In this document: positions 1 to 14,159 of the stretch, piece by piece
How the letters are laid out: the number at the start of each line of letters is the position of its first letter
How positions within the stretch are numbered: the stretch's first letter is position 1
Source of the DNA: Tubiluchus corallicola
Taxonomy: Eukaryota > Animalia > Priapulida
Assembly (NCBI GenBank): GCA_030141605.1
Contig: JAQGDQ010000311.1
Location: 124,001-188,000, forward strand
Length of the DNA: 64,000 bases
Direction: 5' to 3'
Program-made: the position numbers and the translations under genes
Notes under the pieces: generated by a model
Seen by the model: only the letters and a program-made list of their open reading frames with translations
Database searches by the model: none
Told to the model about the DNA's origin: nothing

Positions 1-1424
1 CATTGCTGCTAAGTAATTGTACATAGTCTTATACTCTGTTAAAACTGAATCAATTTGGACAACAAAAAATTCCAATTTGTGACACTTGATGACAAGTAAC
101 TGTCAACATGTTTGCAAGTTAAAATCACTATTATTGGATCTTAAAGGTTTAAAACAGACTAAAACCACAAATGATGCTAAAATCAAAGTGTTTTTCAATT
201 TACAAATGTTCATCACAATTCAAACTTTTAGGATTTTTGTAAATATTAACCTGACACTATAACATGGTAGTTTTTTTTTACATCAAAGTGACATAACTCA
301 GAATGTTGTTTATTTTTGATAACAGATTTACTTTTCACAGAAATTAAGATTAACTGTTAAAGTAGGTAATATCTGCACTTCTTTGTCACTCCAGTGTTTT
401 CAAATGTTTTGAATGAAAGAAGTGCAGTAGAGTTGTGCAAACTTATTAATGTTAATCGCATCAGCTATACAGCAGAGCATTGCTACACTTCAAGCAAGCA
501 GTTGGTTACAAAGTCCAGTTATTCTTGCAGTGCTACTCTGGGGCAAACAACTTCAGCATGAATCTTTAGAATTCTTTCCAGGTCAGGAATAGGTCGGCAG
601 TACCTATAAACGTGGCTTCTCTCCTGAGAGAGCCTGTTAAACAGAAGCAGCTAACTGCCAAGGTTTGCAATAAGCTGGTCTATAGTTAACAATGGTAATT
701 CCATTCTTATGGACAAGTGGCTTAGTAATACAGCCATTATAAAGGCGCGTAATTACATTAACTCACGTAATAATAGTCCAGGGAACAAACACGTGTATTA
801 CTTATGCGCCTAATCAGTCTCATGCAGGCTAACGAAAAGCCATTAAAAGTAATGTACTTCCATTTTGTCTTGTCTTAGTCTCCGAATTTGCAAGAAGCTT
901 AGCTGAAAATGGCAGCATAATGTGATCGTTATGCCTTAAACCAAGCCTCACGCTTAACGGTCCAAATCACAATTACGTAAGCACCTTAATGCATGATAAT
1001 AAAATGTTTAAAATCAATAATCGGAAATGCCACTTCTCAGGTAGTACGTTTACACGCATAATCATCTAGAAGAGGCAGTTTAATGATAAAAAAGCAATGC
1101 TAAAGCAATATACTAATGCAGTAAAAATGCACCACTTCTCAAAATCCATTTTTGACAATTTGTGTGATGTTTTTTGGATCAAGGCGTTTGGAGTGAACTG
1201 AAACCTGCAGATATTCTACAATTAAGTGGTGTGATTGTGTACTGGATGAAACAAACAGCAGGTATTTCAATGGCCAGTATTTTATTAACGTGTTCCGTTA
1301 ACAACATTAAACCTTGCACCGAGCTTCTTAATGCAAGAAAATACTGACATCTTTGCATGTATTCGAAATAAAACTTCGCAGTAGTTGCTAGTTGTTACAC
1401 TTCTAATACTGCAGATCATCGCTC

Positions 1425-1645
1425 CGCTTTCCTTTGGACTACACCAGGGAGGAAGAGAGGTGGTTCCTGTTGTCTGGGCAACTCAGGATCTCTATACACC
1501 TTGCCCAGGCGTGCAGCACCCTGGAGACGTTCAAGGATCGCACTGCTCAGCCACACGCTGCAGCTCCATCAATGTGATCAATAACTGACTCTCTTGGCGC
1601 ACACTCCATTGTCTTCCGAGACAGAAGGATGCCAACAACAACAAT
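1425..1645 (+). mobile_element. 5'-truncated copy of the 57075-57571 SINE-like element with a short (AAC)n tail
   Basis: Close reverse-complement match to ~57080-57292; ends gatgccaacaacaacaa. Confidence 0.65.
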
Positions 1646-4347
1646 ATTGCAGATTCTGATTAATCAATGATAGTTGTTCTCCTGAAACTGTTGCTCAACA
1701 AAACATGTGAAGAGGAGGCAGGTTACGTGCCAGACTACTTAATTCCAACTATTTTTGATGTTTGTCCAAGAATATGGAATCAAACATGAGATGCATTTGT
1801 GACTTATTCGCTTTTGCTGTCAAGCAATTAAAAGCAGTCAGCAGTTGTTTGTAACACGTTATTGAACACGTAACGCTTTATTTTTTTAACTGTTTCAACA
1901 ATTATTTTGTTTTTGCCAATTTCTCAATGGGTGAAGGTTTGGAGCAGAGGCAGAAGACAACAAAAATAAGTAAAATAGTGCAATAATTTACAGTCTATAT
2001 ATCCAATCTATGGACTCAGGTAAAAAGTTTATTGAAAATTGCACTGAAGTTTAAAAAGAATAATAACGACTAGTTTTTTGACAGTAAAGGTTTGCAAAAG
2101 GGTGCAGCCATTGGAAAAGAGTTTATGTTCACACAGTGAAGATGTTTTTGCCGATGAAAGGGCTTCCGTCGAAAAAAAGCGGTTCCCTTGTAAACAATAC
2201 CCCATTTGGCAACCATTTTTATCGTCCTGATGTTTGGCTGCTACAAGAGGCTGTATATTCAAGCAGATAACAAAAACAGAATCTCATAAAGTGCATTGAA
2301 AGACAGGAAAACAAATTAGAGTGAACACAATTAGATTAGTCTTGTCTGGCATCTTTTCTACTTTTCTCGTGCTTATTTACATTTCAGTTCTAGCTCATTT
2401 GTAGAAATTGTGATGCACAACTATGCCTGACATGCCTAATGAATGTTTATGACGAGTGATTGCCAAGTCAATTAGATTTTCTTCTAACGGCATGAGATCA
2501 TGTTGTCACATTTTCAACATGGTGGATTCGCTGTTTTTTAATGCACAAGCACCTGAAGCACACGAGTGATAAAGGAGGCAGATTTCTCCAATATCTAAGT
2601 TGCATATAAAAGGAAACAGCAAGTACTGATAAACTGAAAATGATAACAAATAACCAACCACAATAGATATGAAATAACCATTGAGTATTGGCTTTTGTTA
2701 CGATGGACGATCCAAAAAGCTTCCCCTTTCTTTTGTGTATTTAGTTTTATGCTTTGCTGACCATGTTTATTGCTTTATTTCTGCACGTGTATCTACATGT
2801 ACTGATAAATGATAAATATACCTTAAGACCAAGACTGCTGTTCCATGAACTGCAGAGAAAAGCGGCTCTTCGCAGCAATAATGCACGGCTCTGTATTACA
2901 GCTAAGAAGTAAATACGCGTTGCAAATAAAATTAATTTTGTTGACAGCTTGACATGTCTGAAGGTGACTCTGCATTTGAAAAATGGCACCAGCCATTTTT
3001 GCAATAAACTTTGCCGACGCGAGCGCAGTGCGCATGAACTCTCTTTTCAGGCATCTCGTTGTTTATATAAAAAAGAGGAAAAAGCTACACCAAATCAGCA
3101 AGCTTGAAAAGCTGCTAATCCTGGCAAAGCTTTTAGAAAATATCCGTATAAACAGTTTTCAACTGTTTAGCTGCATATCTTTAGAATTTTCTACAATCCA
3201 TTATGAATAATTGTTCATTCAATGTGTTATTGATAATGTACGTTGCTTTACATGAACTTAATTTTACTCTTTAGGTTTTCTGACAGTTATTATTACGCCT
3301 TACGTCAGCTATTTTTTTTCATTTGCACCTTATACTGCCATTTCACTTTACTTTTTCTTAATGTATGCTTATTTTATTCCATTATTATTATTTTATTATT
3401 TCTGTTATCTTCTCCTTATCCAGTTAAGTCGGTTTTTTGTTTTGTTTCTAAACTGAAAAGGAAATATCTGTTACTTTATGTTTTTTGGTATTTTGTTCAG
3501 CCACTTTAAACTAGTCTGATTCATTAGGTTGTTATCATTATTATATTTGTTCAGTTCAGCCGGACTTTGTTTGTTTTGCCCAAGTTTAAATCGAAGCTAG
3601 AGTCTCTTCTATGAACTTTAACTAGAAAGGTGGTTGTCTCGCTAGCTCTTACGTTTTTTGCGACCCTTTCTCTAAATCAATACTCTATTTTGTTTATGAA
3701 TCTGAAATCCAATAGATAAAATTTAAAGAAATTTATAAAAATGTATTTTTTTTTAATTGTGCTTCAGTTATTTAAAGGTTTAGCAAAATTTTGACTAATA
3801 ATGGCCAAAATAAACCTTAATAATGGAAGCAAAAACTGTTTTCGTTCAATCTCCTTGAAGTTAAAACTGAACAGAGACTCAGAATGTTGTAAATAATCAT
3901 GGCAGTGAAAAAGTTGTTTTTCTCATATGTATTTTTAGATAAAGCTTTTGCACTGCTGGCTTTTCTAAATCAATATTATTCATTTATTTTACAAGGATGA
4001 CCGACTATTATACTATGTTTCCTGCAGGTTATACTCTGCTCAGAAAATGTGAATTCATGCAACTGTTAACAATAATGTAACATGCCCAAGAGAAGGCTTT
4101 CAAGTAAACAAGAAGGCTTTATTAACAACCATGACATGTAACTATAAAAGGAGAAACATCACAATTCCCACGTTCATCTAGAAATCGCTTGCAAACAGAG
4201 GAGGCAATAAAAAGAGGCCGTAGAAGGTGTGCATGCTTGAATTATGAATGAATATGCTCGGCATGTATCCAATTACATTCTCAATTACATCCAGTTATAA
4301 GCTATGAAGCTGAGCACAATTCCCAGTCTTATGTTTAATTTACTTAC

Positions 4348-4411
4348 GATTTGAACCCATGTCGTGAACAGTGAGGATGACAGGCCGCTTTCCCAGCAAA
4401 GCCAGATCTCC
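4348..4411 (-). CDS. NDRG-family alpha/beta-hydrolase-fold protein (CG2082/ZK1073.1-like), internal exon
   Basis: TTTCAG|GDLALLGKRPVILTVHDMGSN+C|GTAAGT matches the NDRG signature RP(V/A)ILT(Y/V)HD.G.NH. Confidence 0.85.
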
Positions 4412-4781
4412 CTGAAACAAGTAAAAAACAACTCATCACTTAATATCCTTGAAACAAGTAAAAACAATTCATCACTTAGATCTCCCTGAAACAAGTAAAA
4501 ACAACTCATCACTTAGATCTCCCTGAAACAAGTAAAAAACAACTCATCACTTAGATCTCCCTGAAACAAGTAAAAACAATTCATCACTTAGATCTCCTTG
4601 AAACAAGTAAAAACAACTCATCACTTAGATCTCCCTGAAACAAGTAAAAACAACTCATCACTTAGATCTCCCTGAAACAAGTAAAAAACAACTCATCACT
4701 TAGATCTCCCTGAAACAAGTAAAAAAACAACTCATCACTTAGATCTCCCTAGAACAAGTAAAAAAAAACAACTCATCACTT
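4404..4781. repeat. Tandem repeat, 10 units of 36-41 bp, containing the NDRG exon acceptor
   Basis: Unit agatctccctgaaacaagtaaaaacaactcatcactt with a variable A-run. Confidence 0.95.
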
Positions 4782-5999
4782 ACCTCCCCAAAATTGGATA
4801 AATTATACTCAGCCAATCAATGAAGCCAGTCTAGGCCTTAGATTACATGTAAATTGACATAAACTGTGGCAAGGTTTATTTGCCAACACCTTCTGCCACA
4901 AAAGTACAATATATTTTATGCAACATGATGGAAAATAAAAAATATTTCCGTCTTTTATTCTATAAACAAGCTGACAAAAACACTGTAATTGCGATTTTCT
5001 GCCAAAAAAGTCTCAAGAGAGAAGTGCAATGCAAAGTCTGTCAAAACACTTGATAGTCATTTACTTAATTAATTTTGTCCATCAAAATATACAGCCAATC
5101 TTATAGAGGAATATTGAAACTCAATCAATCAATCTGGATGACAGGATGCAATTTCAATATGCATATTTAAATTTTTTTATTCATATACATATCTTTCTTG
5201 TATTTCTGGCCAACACATCGCTAGCTTCGGTAGTCAAATACAATGGTGCTAAAATAACAACTTACAAGAGTTTTTGTGCACAAATAGTTCAAAAATAAGT
5301 CTGTTTTGATGATCAATTTAGCATATTAATTTACTGGTGCTTCCAAACCCAGAATTCTATGCATTGTATAACGATGAATCTGTTTGTCTTTGAACATGAT
5401 TGTTCATCAGCGTGAATTTCTAAATTATGTATACACGTGTTGAGTTTTTCAGTATGTATATGCAACATTAAAGTCTAGGATTAGATATGGAATAAAATGA
5501 ATCACTGCTGTTATATTAGCAACTCATCAACTATATGACTAGTTAGGTTACGTTTAGCCAACAGGATATAATGATTGGTTCAGGTGTTGCATCAATTAGC
5601 TAACATTACAAGATGTTACAGGATGGAAGGAAGTAATTTTTTGTGCTCAGAAAGCATGATGTACACACGACGTGAAGCAATTACGCTGTTGCAATCTTGT
5701 CCACTAGACTTTGTCACTAGGCAATGACGTGATAGTGACTTTATGATGAGGTGATTACGTAATGAAATTACAGTAATTATAAACTTAATGATTACAACTG
5801 TAATGTTTCAGCAGGCACACCTTTTACTCTAGTGCACAAACTTTCATAACTTCGTTAATTAAATCACTCTTAATTTCTGATACAGAATCACCCATGAGAG
5901 GATTTTATAAACGAAGTTTTTCCAGTTAGTTATTTAATTAATCAGTATATTGGATTTATGTGTAATAATAATTATATACCTTTTAATTATTAGGGTAAT

Positions 6000-6346
6000 T
6001 AGAGATGTAACTAGATTCGAACCTAAAATTATAGATTCGAATAATTCAGCATTTCATCCACAAACGTTCTTTATCACGAAAATGTTTGAAACAGTATGAA
6101 ATTAGAGCAATTTAACTGCAGTTTCTGTGCAAAATTTTTAACAAACTATTATCGCATTCACTGCACAACAAAATCAAGTGCTATGCATGATCTTTGTAAA
6201 ACCACTTTTTACTAGTGGTTCCAAAACTTGTTCGAAAATCTTTCAAACTCAATTCGAATTCGAAATACTGAAATTCGGTTGGATTCGAATTCGAAAGTCA
6301 CAAATTCGATTCGATTTCGCTTTCTGGTAGATAACATTCACCCCTA
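6000..6346. mobile_element. Dispersed TTCGAA-rich repeat (hAT-like MITE), copy 1
   Basis: Ends TAGAGATG.../CACCCCTA; body is the reverse complement of 52286-52619. Confidence 0.65.
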
Positions 6347-7679
6347 TTAATTACTTCATGCATGAATCATAAAAGTTAAAAAATCAATAATGCAAGTATG
6401 TACAAGTTGCATCCACATTACAGTAATTTGAACTGGGTAGTTAGAGGAAGCCTGATTGACAGCAAAATAATCTGAGGAAAGCTCAGAAACATTAAAAAAT
6501 CACTACCAAAAACTCCTGAGATATTATAAAATTTGTATCAATACTTAAGAATCGTAAAATTGTGATGGCAAAAGAGTTTCATAAAACACACAATGTTATG
6601 TGGAATAATATGCCAACTTCACGATGGTCTTAAATCTTCATTATCATTTAAAGTTTCTTGGTTACGAATATTTAAAAGCTTAAACTTATTAACGCAATGG
6701 ACTGGAAACAGTGTAAAAACAAGAAACTGTTGGTGCAATTAGAAGCCTGGATCAATATGCATAGAAGCTAAAAAACGGCAAGAACATAATGGCATAGAAA
6801 AGGCAAGTATAGAACGAGTATATTAAAAATAGCGCAATCTCATTTGGATTAGACCTGAATGCCATCTTCTATGACTGTGAGTGCTGAGTTAAAACACATA
6901 GAAAATGTGTCCTTAGAAAACTGCAAATTGAGTTGAAGCAAAGATAAGTTACTTCAAAGTAAATTACTCTTTTATTTATCTACTAGCGTACTTACCAAAA
7001 CTGGTAATACTGTTAATTTAGAAGTTTAAACCATCGCATATTATTCAACACACCACAAAGGAGCTAGAGAAATATCTTCATTGAAAGCAGATTTCACAGA
7101 CATAAAACTAAAGTGAGAATTTTCCTTGACTTGCAATAAACGAGGACATATTTTCCAGCCATTTCCATTGTGGCAACTGTCATTCCTATAATGCTTATCC
7201 ATTAAAACAGCAACGTTACAATCTGCACGATGAGCATGGGACTTTTCTGCAATAGATGTGCAGCTAAACAACAGCTTTGTGAGTTAAACAAGATTGAAGC
7301 TAGTATTCAAAGCTATAAAATATAAATAGCTATGAATGTTATCATCTTTTACAGCTCATCAAAGAATTCACAGAATGACAGTCCTGCACAGAATAATACA
7401 GGGACAAATACTAGCACCAATGAGAATCAAATGGTGATCTTCCTAATAGTATTGCATCACAGGGGGACTAAGAGAGTGAAAAGGTCAAATTTAAACCAAC
7501 TGTGTGTTTTCGTAGCAGTCAGGAGCTTTGGTAGATCCTAGACTCTACTGCATTTCAACTGTAGTGGAGATTCAATTCATTGAAGATTCTCTTTCACCGC
7601 GGAAGCAGAATTACTAACTCTGCTAAGAGAAGCAATGAAATTATACTTCTAGACCGCAAATAAATTATTATATCATCTC

Positions 7680-9470
7680 ATGTGCTTATAAATCCAGCAG
7701 ACCAGGTTATACACAACATAAGATGGCAACTTCAGCAGAGCAAAGAACCTGACCCTTGCTTCTTCTGTGACAAGGGCATATGTACTTATAAATCCAGCAG
7801 ACCAGGTCATACACAACATAAGATAGCAACTTCAGCAGAGCAAAGAACCTAACCCTTGCTACTTCTGTGACAAAGGCATATGTACTTATAAATCCAGCAG
7901 ACCAGGTCATACACAACACAAGATGGTGACTTCAGCAGAGCAAAGAACCTAACCCTTGCTACTTCTGTGACAAGGGCATATGTACTTATAAATCCAGCAG
8001 ACCAGGTCATACACAACATAAGATGGCGACTTCAGCAGACCAAAGAACCTGACCCTTGCTTCTTCTGTGACAAGGGCATATGTACTTATAAATCCAGCAG
8101 ACCAAGTCATACACAACACAAGATGGTGACTTCAGCAGACCAAAGAACCTGACCCTTGCTACTGCTGTGACAAGGGCATATGTACTTATAAATCCAGCAG
8201 ACCAGGTCATACACAACATAAGATGGCAACTTCAGCAGACCAAAGAACCTGACCCTTGCTTCTTCTGTGACAAGGGCATATGCACTTATAAATCCAGCAG
8301 ACCAGGTCATACACAACACAAGATGGTGACTTCAGCAGAGCAAAGAACCTAACCCTTGCTACTTCTGTGACAAGGGCATATGTACTTATAAATCCATAAA
8401 TCCAGCAGACCAGGTTATACACAACATAAGATGGCGACTTCAGCAGACCAAAGAACCTAACCCTTGCTACTTCTGTGACAAGGGCATATGTACTTATAAA
8501 TCCAGCAGACCAGGTCATACACAACATAAGATGGCAACTTCAGCAGACTAAAGCACCTGACCCTTGCTACTACTGTGACAAGGGCATATGTACTTATAAA
8601 TCCAGCAGACCAGGTCATACACAACATAAGATGGCAACTTCAGCAGACCAAAGAACCTGACCCTTGCTACTTCTATGACAAGGGCATATGCACTTATAAA
8701 TCCAGCAGACCAGGTCATACACAACACAAGATGGCAACTTCAGCAGAGCAAAGAACCTGACCCTTGCTACTTCTGTGACAAGGGCATATGTACTTATAAA
8801 TCCAGCAGACCAGGTCATACACAACATAAGATGGCAGACTAGGTCATATACAACATAAGATGGCAACTTCAGCAGACCAAAGAACCTGACCCTTGCTACT
8901 TCTGTGACAAGGGCATATGTGCTTATAAATCCAGCAGACCAGGTCATACACAACATAAGATGGCAACTTAAGCAGAGCAAAGACCTGACCCTTGCTTCTT
9001 CTGTGACAAGGGCATATGCACTTATAAATCCAGCAGACCAGGTCATACACAACACAAGATGGTGACTTCAGCAGAGCAAAGAACCTAACCCTTGCTACTT
9101 CTGTGACAAGGGCATATGTACTTATAAATCCAACAGACCAGGTCTTACACAACATAAGATGGTGACTTCAGCAGACCAAAGAACCTAACCCTTGCTACTT
9201 CTGTGACAAGGGCATATGTACTTACAAATCCAGCAGACCAGGTTATGCACAACATAAGATGGTGACTTCAGCAGACCAAAGAACCTAACCCTTGCTACTT
9301 CTGTGATAAGGGCATATGTGCTTATAAATCCAGCAGACCAGGCCATACACAACATAAGATGGCAACTTAAGCAGACCAAAGAACCTAACCCTTGCTACTT
9401 CTGTGACAAGGGCATATGTGCTTATAAATCCAACAGACCAGGTTATACACAACATAAGAGGGCGACTGCT
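7680..9470. repeat. 100-bp satellite, ~17-18 copies
   Basis: Unit ...tgtacttataaatccagcagaccaggtcatacacaacataagatggcaacttcagcagaccaaagaacctgacccttgctacttctgtgacaagggcata; small internal duplications near 8395 and 8836. Confidence 0.95.
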
Positions 9471-10025
9471 AAGCGAACCATTTCCAACAATCGATGCTAA
9501 CAATGGAGAAGTTGTGGACAGAAATCATATTCTCATGATAACAAGATTATCAGCACTTACACATCATGTGATATCTTTATCTAACAGAATGAGAATTCTT
9601 TATGGCTTGTGACAATAGGGGTAGCTGTGATGAAGATCTAATGATGTGCAGCAACGACTGACACAAATGTAAACATTAAACAGCTAATATATTTTGTCAT
9701 ACCCAATATTACAGACGTATGATAAGCTGCATCTAATATTACTAGATACTAACTAGCAGTGATTTCATTATATTGTATCGTGTAGGTTCTGCACGAGTTA
9801 CGCCATGGCGATATTGTCTAATAGCAGATTGAATTACATTGACTACACCATAAAGACATGTTGAAAATTGGTGGAGCGCAAATATGTTATTAATGTGTGA
9901 TGCGCAAATGTAAATGTACTAGACAAGCTGACATACCCTGCATAATTTTTAAATACAAATCTGAGATATCGAGTTGTATAAAGTACTGTATATGTGTTAC
10001 AACTTAGTTAAAATCGTTCACTTAC

Positions 10026-10076
10026 CTGCACAAATACATTTAGATTTCCACATGTTTCAGTGCCAACCAGGTGTTT
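10026..10076 (-). CDS. NDRG-family protein exon (N-terminal strands)
   Basis: Long T-run + CAG|KHLVGTETCGNLNVFVQ|GTAAGT; joins in frame to GDL..., like recalled CG2082-type 'V.T..CG...V.VQGDL'. Confidence 0.82.
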
Positions 10077-10699
10077 CTGAAAAAAAAAACATACATTTCC
10101 TGTGAGATATGAAGTCAAATTCATTGAAAGAGCCTGAATGATTCCAAGGTTGTAACTGGACAAAGATCTATATTTACAGTCAACGAGAAATGAACAACAT
10201 TTCCCTATAAGCTACTACAAGCAACTCTTAAATTTTTAAAGATTACGATACTAAGATGACACAAATAATTAATTATATAAACAACTGTTTAAGCCAACAC
10301 AGGTGAACCTGAGATTTGAACTTGGAATGGCCAACCTATATAGCATCAGTATCTTAACAACATGGTCTCTGCAATACCAATATAGGCTATATTATTAATC
10401 ATAAGAGCGATCGGTTCAGGGGAATTTCAGGGTAATAATTGATTGCAAGTTTGCAACTTGATCAATATGGCTATCCATTAACATCAATTTCCGAAGAATA
10501 AAACTACATGTACATATTTTTTACCTTCAAAATAGCTGAGATCACATAATTTAATCATAATCCAAGCACAAAATAAATGTTTTCACTGTTTAACAGATTG
10601 AAAAGCGATGAGTACTTTTGATAATTTTTTTATCAACTACTTTAGGTTGTGATTATTAACTACTACTGACCAGCATTACTTATTATAAAGAAAATCTTA

Positions 10700-10935
10700 A
10701 AATAAAAAGATGCTTTTAAGATGGATTGGGCATATGCTTAGACTACCTGATGATATTCCAGTGAAGATAGCTCTTCAACAAGCCATAGAACCAGCTAAAA
10801 AAACCTGCAGGAGGACAAATGTTAAGATACTTAGATTTTGCACAGAAAGATTTAAACACTTCAGCACTGATCCTTAGAAACAAATGCACTTGAGGCATTG
10901 CAGCGAGTGGGGAGTCCTGGCATAGGGAGATGAAC
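10700..10935 (+). mobile_element. RTE-clade-like LINE ORF2 C-terminal remnant
   Basis: LRWIGHMLRLPDDIPVKIALQQAIEPAKK/(frameshift)PAGGQMLRYLDFAQKDL resembles the RLRW.GH..R...R.PK...RGRP...W.D...KDL tail. Confidence 0.65.
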
Positions 10936-13648
10936 AGAATTCATTAGATAATGATAAATTTCTTTGATCTATCAAGGTTTAATCATTATTGAGTGATCTA
11001 ACCACAGCGCCACAAAACCAACAAAAATATTTTGGTACCGAGGTCCTAAATTTGCAAGAATGGTTTTACTCATAAATGGTTCTGGTTCAAATTTAAACTC
11101 TGCACAACTTTGTCCTTCTCTTTCTTCAACAAATAACTATTGCTTTAATTATTGTAAATGCTGATTCACAGCAACAGAAAAATTTATTAATTTTGGCTTA
11201 TAACATTTAAAATCAATAGATAGTTAATTACTAGACATTACACAACGTAGCAGCAGTTTCGATTAATTCAGACCACTTAATGATGCACTAACTGTGTATT
11301 ACAATGGTCTATGGCGCTCTATGCAAACGGAATACTAATGACTTAAGAATGCAAATTGTATATTGATACAGAGGAGTCAGCAGAAATGAGCATACAGTCT
11401 TAAAGACAAAATCAGTTAGATAAAGTGCTGCTTCAGTAAAGTGAAGTTTATTTATTCATTCTCAACTATTCTAATGAGACTCATCTACGCCATCTTGTCT
11501 CCGTGTAGCTATTACAGGTTTATGCTAAATGCTAAATGGTAATGTTGTCAATTAACTCCAAATCAGATTACGGAAATTTTATGAACATTTTTGAAATCCT
11601 TCAGTCTACTACTCGTCTGTGTACAGGTTTCGTTTGTCGCAGAAATTTCGCTTGACTTTCAATATGATTCTGTTCTTTTTCGTAATTTTAAGAAAACACA
11701 TACGAGATTTTCACCAAAACAGAAGAAAAATATTAGGCGTATTGTCAACCTTAGTCTCCAACTTGTGTCACTGATTTGGTTTGCCTTACCTTTGAGTTAA
11801 GTAGTAAAAAGCTGATGCCATGAACATTTCAATTTGCCAATTACCTCGGTTTCTGTTCGACCAAGTTACATTAGACAAACTAGCTAGGCCTAATCATTAA
11901 TTTCTGCATATATTATGAAAATTGTTATCATTTTAATGAAAGTGTTATTAATTTGAACAGTCACATTCTGTGTGCCTATACGAAGCGCAGTGAAACTTTT
12001 ACTCATTAATTGAGCTGACAGCACAAATCGTACAGAATGACAGAAATCGAAATTGACAAGTTCAAATATTTGGTTTGCATAGTGTAGAATAAATACTGCA
12101 CTTGACAAGATGACATTGAAACAACAAATGCACATAATTCTCCCTGTATCGAAGTGAGAGCTTGAAATAGAGAATCCAATGACTAAATAATTTCCAGAAT
12201 TTCATACTCAAGTCCCTTGCATGACTTCACACAGCTACACATTCATGTAATAACAATTCTCACAGTCATCTAGAACTGCATAATTGCACTGAAACCACAC
12301 TAAACGATTTTTCAGTTTTATATTTAAATATTTAGATATTTGTTTATTAGTGTCAAAAATACATACAAGACATATATACAATTTCAATTATGAAATATAA
12401 TGACGCTATAATTATACAAACAAAACAATTACTATAACACAAATATCGTTAAATCTTCCTGTTAGTAATATTAGTTATTTATAACTAATTTATAACTAGT
12501 AAACAAATGTGAAAATGTGCTTATGTGGTGAACATGTTACACTTCACGTAAAAACAACAAAACAGAAACTTCTAGAAATGTTATAAAAATAATGAAAACA
12601 TTAAAATGTGAACTGCCAAATTAATTGCAAGAGAAGATTAGTGTTCACAAATTACACACTTAATTTCCTGTGGCTATTGATTAATTCTTTTATGCTTCAG
12701 TTCAATTATGCATGCAAAATAAACTTGACATGTGGGTAAAGTCTGCAAATGACAGCACTACTCGACCCTGTGAGAACTAAATTTGCACTTCTGGAGGTAC
12801 AAAACAGGGTCAGTAGCTTAGAAAAATGAGTCTACAATACACTAGTTTAGTTAGAAAACGTGCCTCTGTTCTCTACGTGGTGCAAGTTTTAGCAGTTTAG
12901 CTAAAGTCTGCAATGACTAACGCTTCTGTTTAAAAATTCGCCAATTTTATTAGATTATGGACCAGGAAAGCTCTCTTTTAGTTTAGTTTAAACTTTAGAA
13001 CTAAAATGGTAACTCCTAAAGAACATTGATGTCTAAGAAAGACCGAAGGGACCATAGCTCTTAAGCTTCAAGTCTACAGCTAAGAAGCTGCTCTGAGCAG
13101 AAAAGAGTTTGTGATTGCAGCCATGTTTAGAATGCAGCGACATCTGTATTGTTTTTTATTAAAAAACAACTCAGCAAAGTATCAACTGACAATGCGGTTA
13201 GCTGGGTCATCAATGCAAAACTGATCAACGAGGCACACTTATTAATTTTATGTGTCTACGTGTGAGTACGACGCATGTTTTACTATTACACATGTTGTAA
13301 ATTGTTTCACGAATAAGGACAGAAAATTATTAACTTTCGAAAGTATTTTATTCCTTCAAAAAGCACGTTTATTCATTTCTCTTTTTACACTCCTCTAATA
13401 CCAATGATGAACGAAGTTTAAAGACAATGAGCAGTCTTAATTTTGTCGAAATAAACCATAAATGATGTCTGTAATGAATTATTAAGGGTTCACTGGCTGA
13501 AACTAGTTGGTCAGCATCTACCAGTGTAATGACAGGTAACACGCTATATGTTTCATAATGGATGTAATCTCTGCACTATGTGTTCATCAATTTCACTGCT
13601 TGCAGACTTATGCAGACCCTTAAAAATTGTTAAAACATTTATTCTTAC

Positions 13649-13729
13649 CATCAGTGGACAATGCTCAAACAAGCGATGAAGAAAGCAATAATGCTGCTGC
13701 TGCAGTTTGGGCAAATACTGGCTGATCAT
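13649..13729 (-). CDS. Candidate alternative first exon of the NDRG-family gene (MISQYLPKLQQQHYCFLHRLFEHCPLM)
   Basis: ATG-initiated 27 open codons ending ATG|GTAAGA, phase 0. Confidence 0.25.
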
Positions 13730-14159
13730 CGACGATCAAATCAATGGAAGAAAATTGTTTGTAATTCTTGTAATAACAGCAAAACACGTTATTACATTTA
13801 TATCTACAATTTACACAGCCAAAGTTCATGAGAAAAATTTTGCTTTCAGCATTGCTCTATGCACAAAACCCACCAAGAACTTTGAAAAAGTTAAGTCAAT
13901 CTAAGGTACATTGGAAGAAGCAATAAAGATGACTGCTCCACATTTTGGTGGCAATTTAGAGTTCGCAGCCTCAACGTGAGTTTTAACATAAAGCAGTGCG
14001 TGGTGGTTTTTGGTAAAGTTCAGCCATCCACCTGCAGCAACATGATAAAACTTACAGAACTGTCAAGTGATGCTCATTTTGTGGAAATGATTTTTCCATA
14101 TTTTTCAACCCAATCCACTTTGACAAATCAGTGTACAACTTAAAATTATTGTGCTGGCT

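Noticed and set aside
2822-2849. 28-nt AG/GT-bounded segment as the next NDRG exon
   Set aside because: It does not supply the expected His of GSNH or NDRG-like sequence; the next exon probably lies left of the window.
6230-6320. TTCGAATTCGAA arrays as heat-shock elements
   Set aside because: GAA/TTC spacing is 0 rather than the 2 nt HSF needs; better explained as MITE subterminal repeats.
7707-9612. Repeated Cys-rich ORFs in the 100-bp array
   Set aside because: The period is not a multiple of 3; ORFs on both strands are by-products of the repeat.
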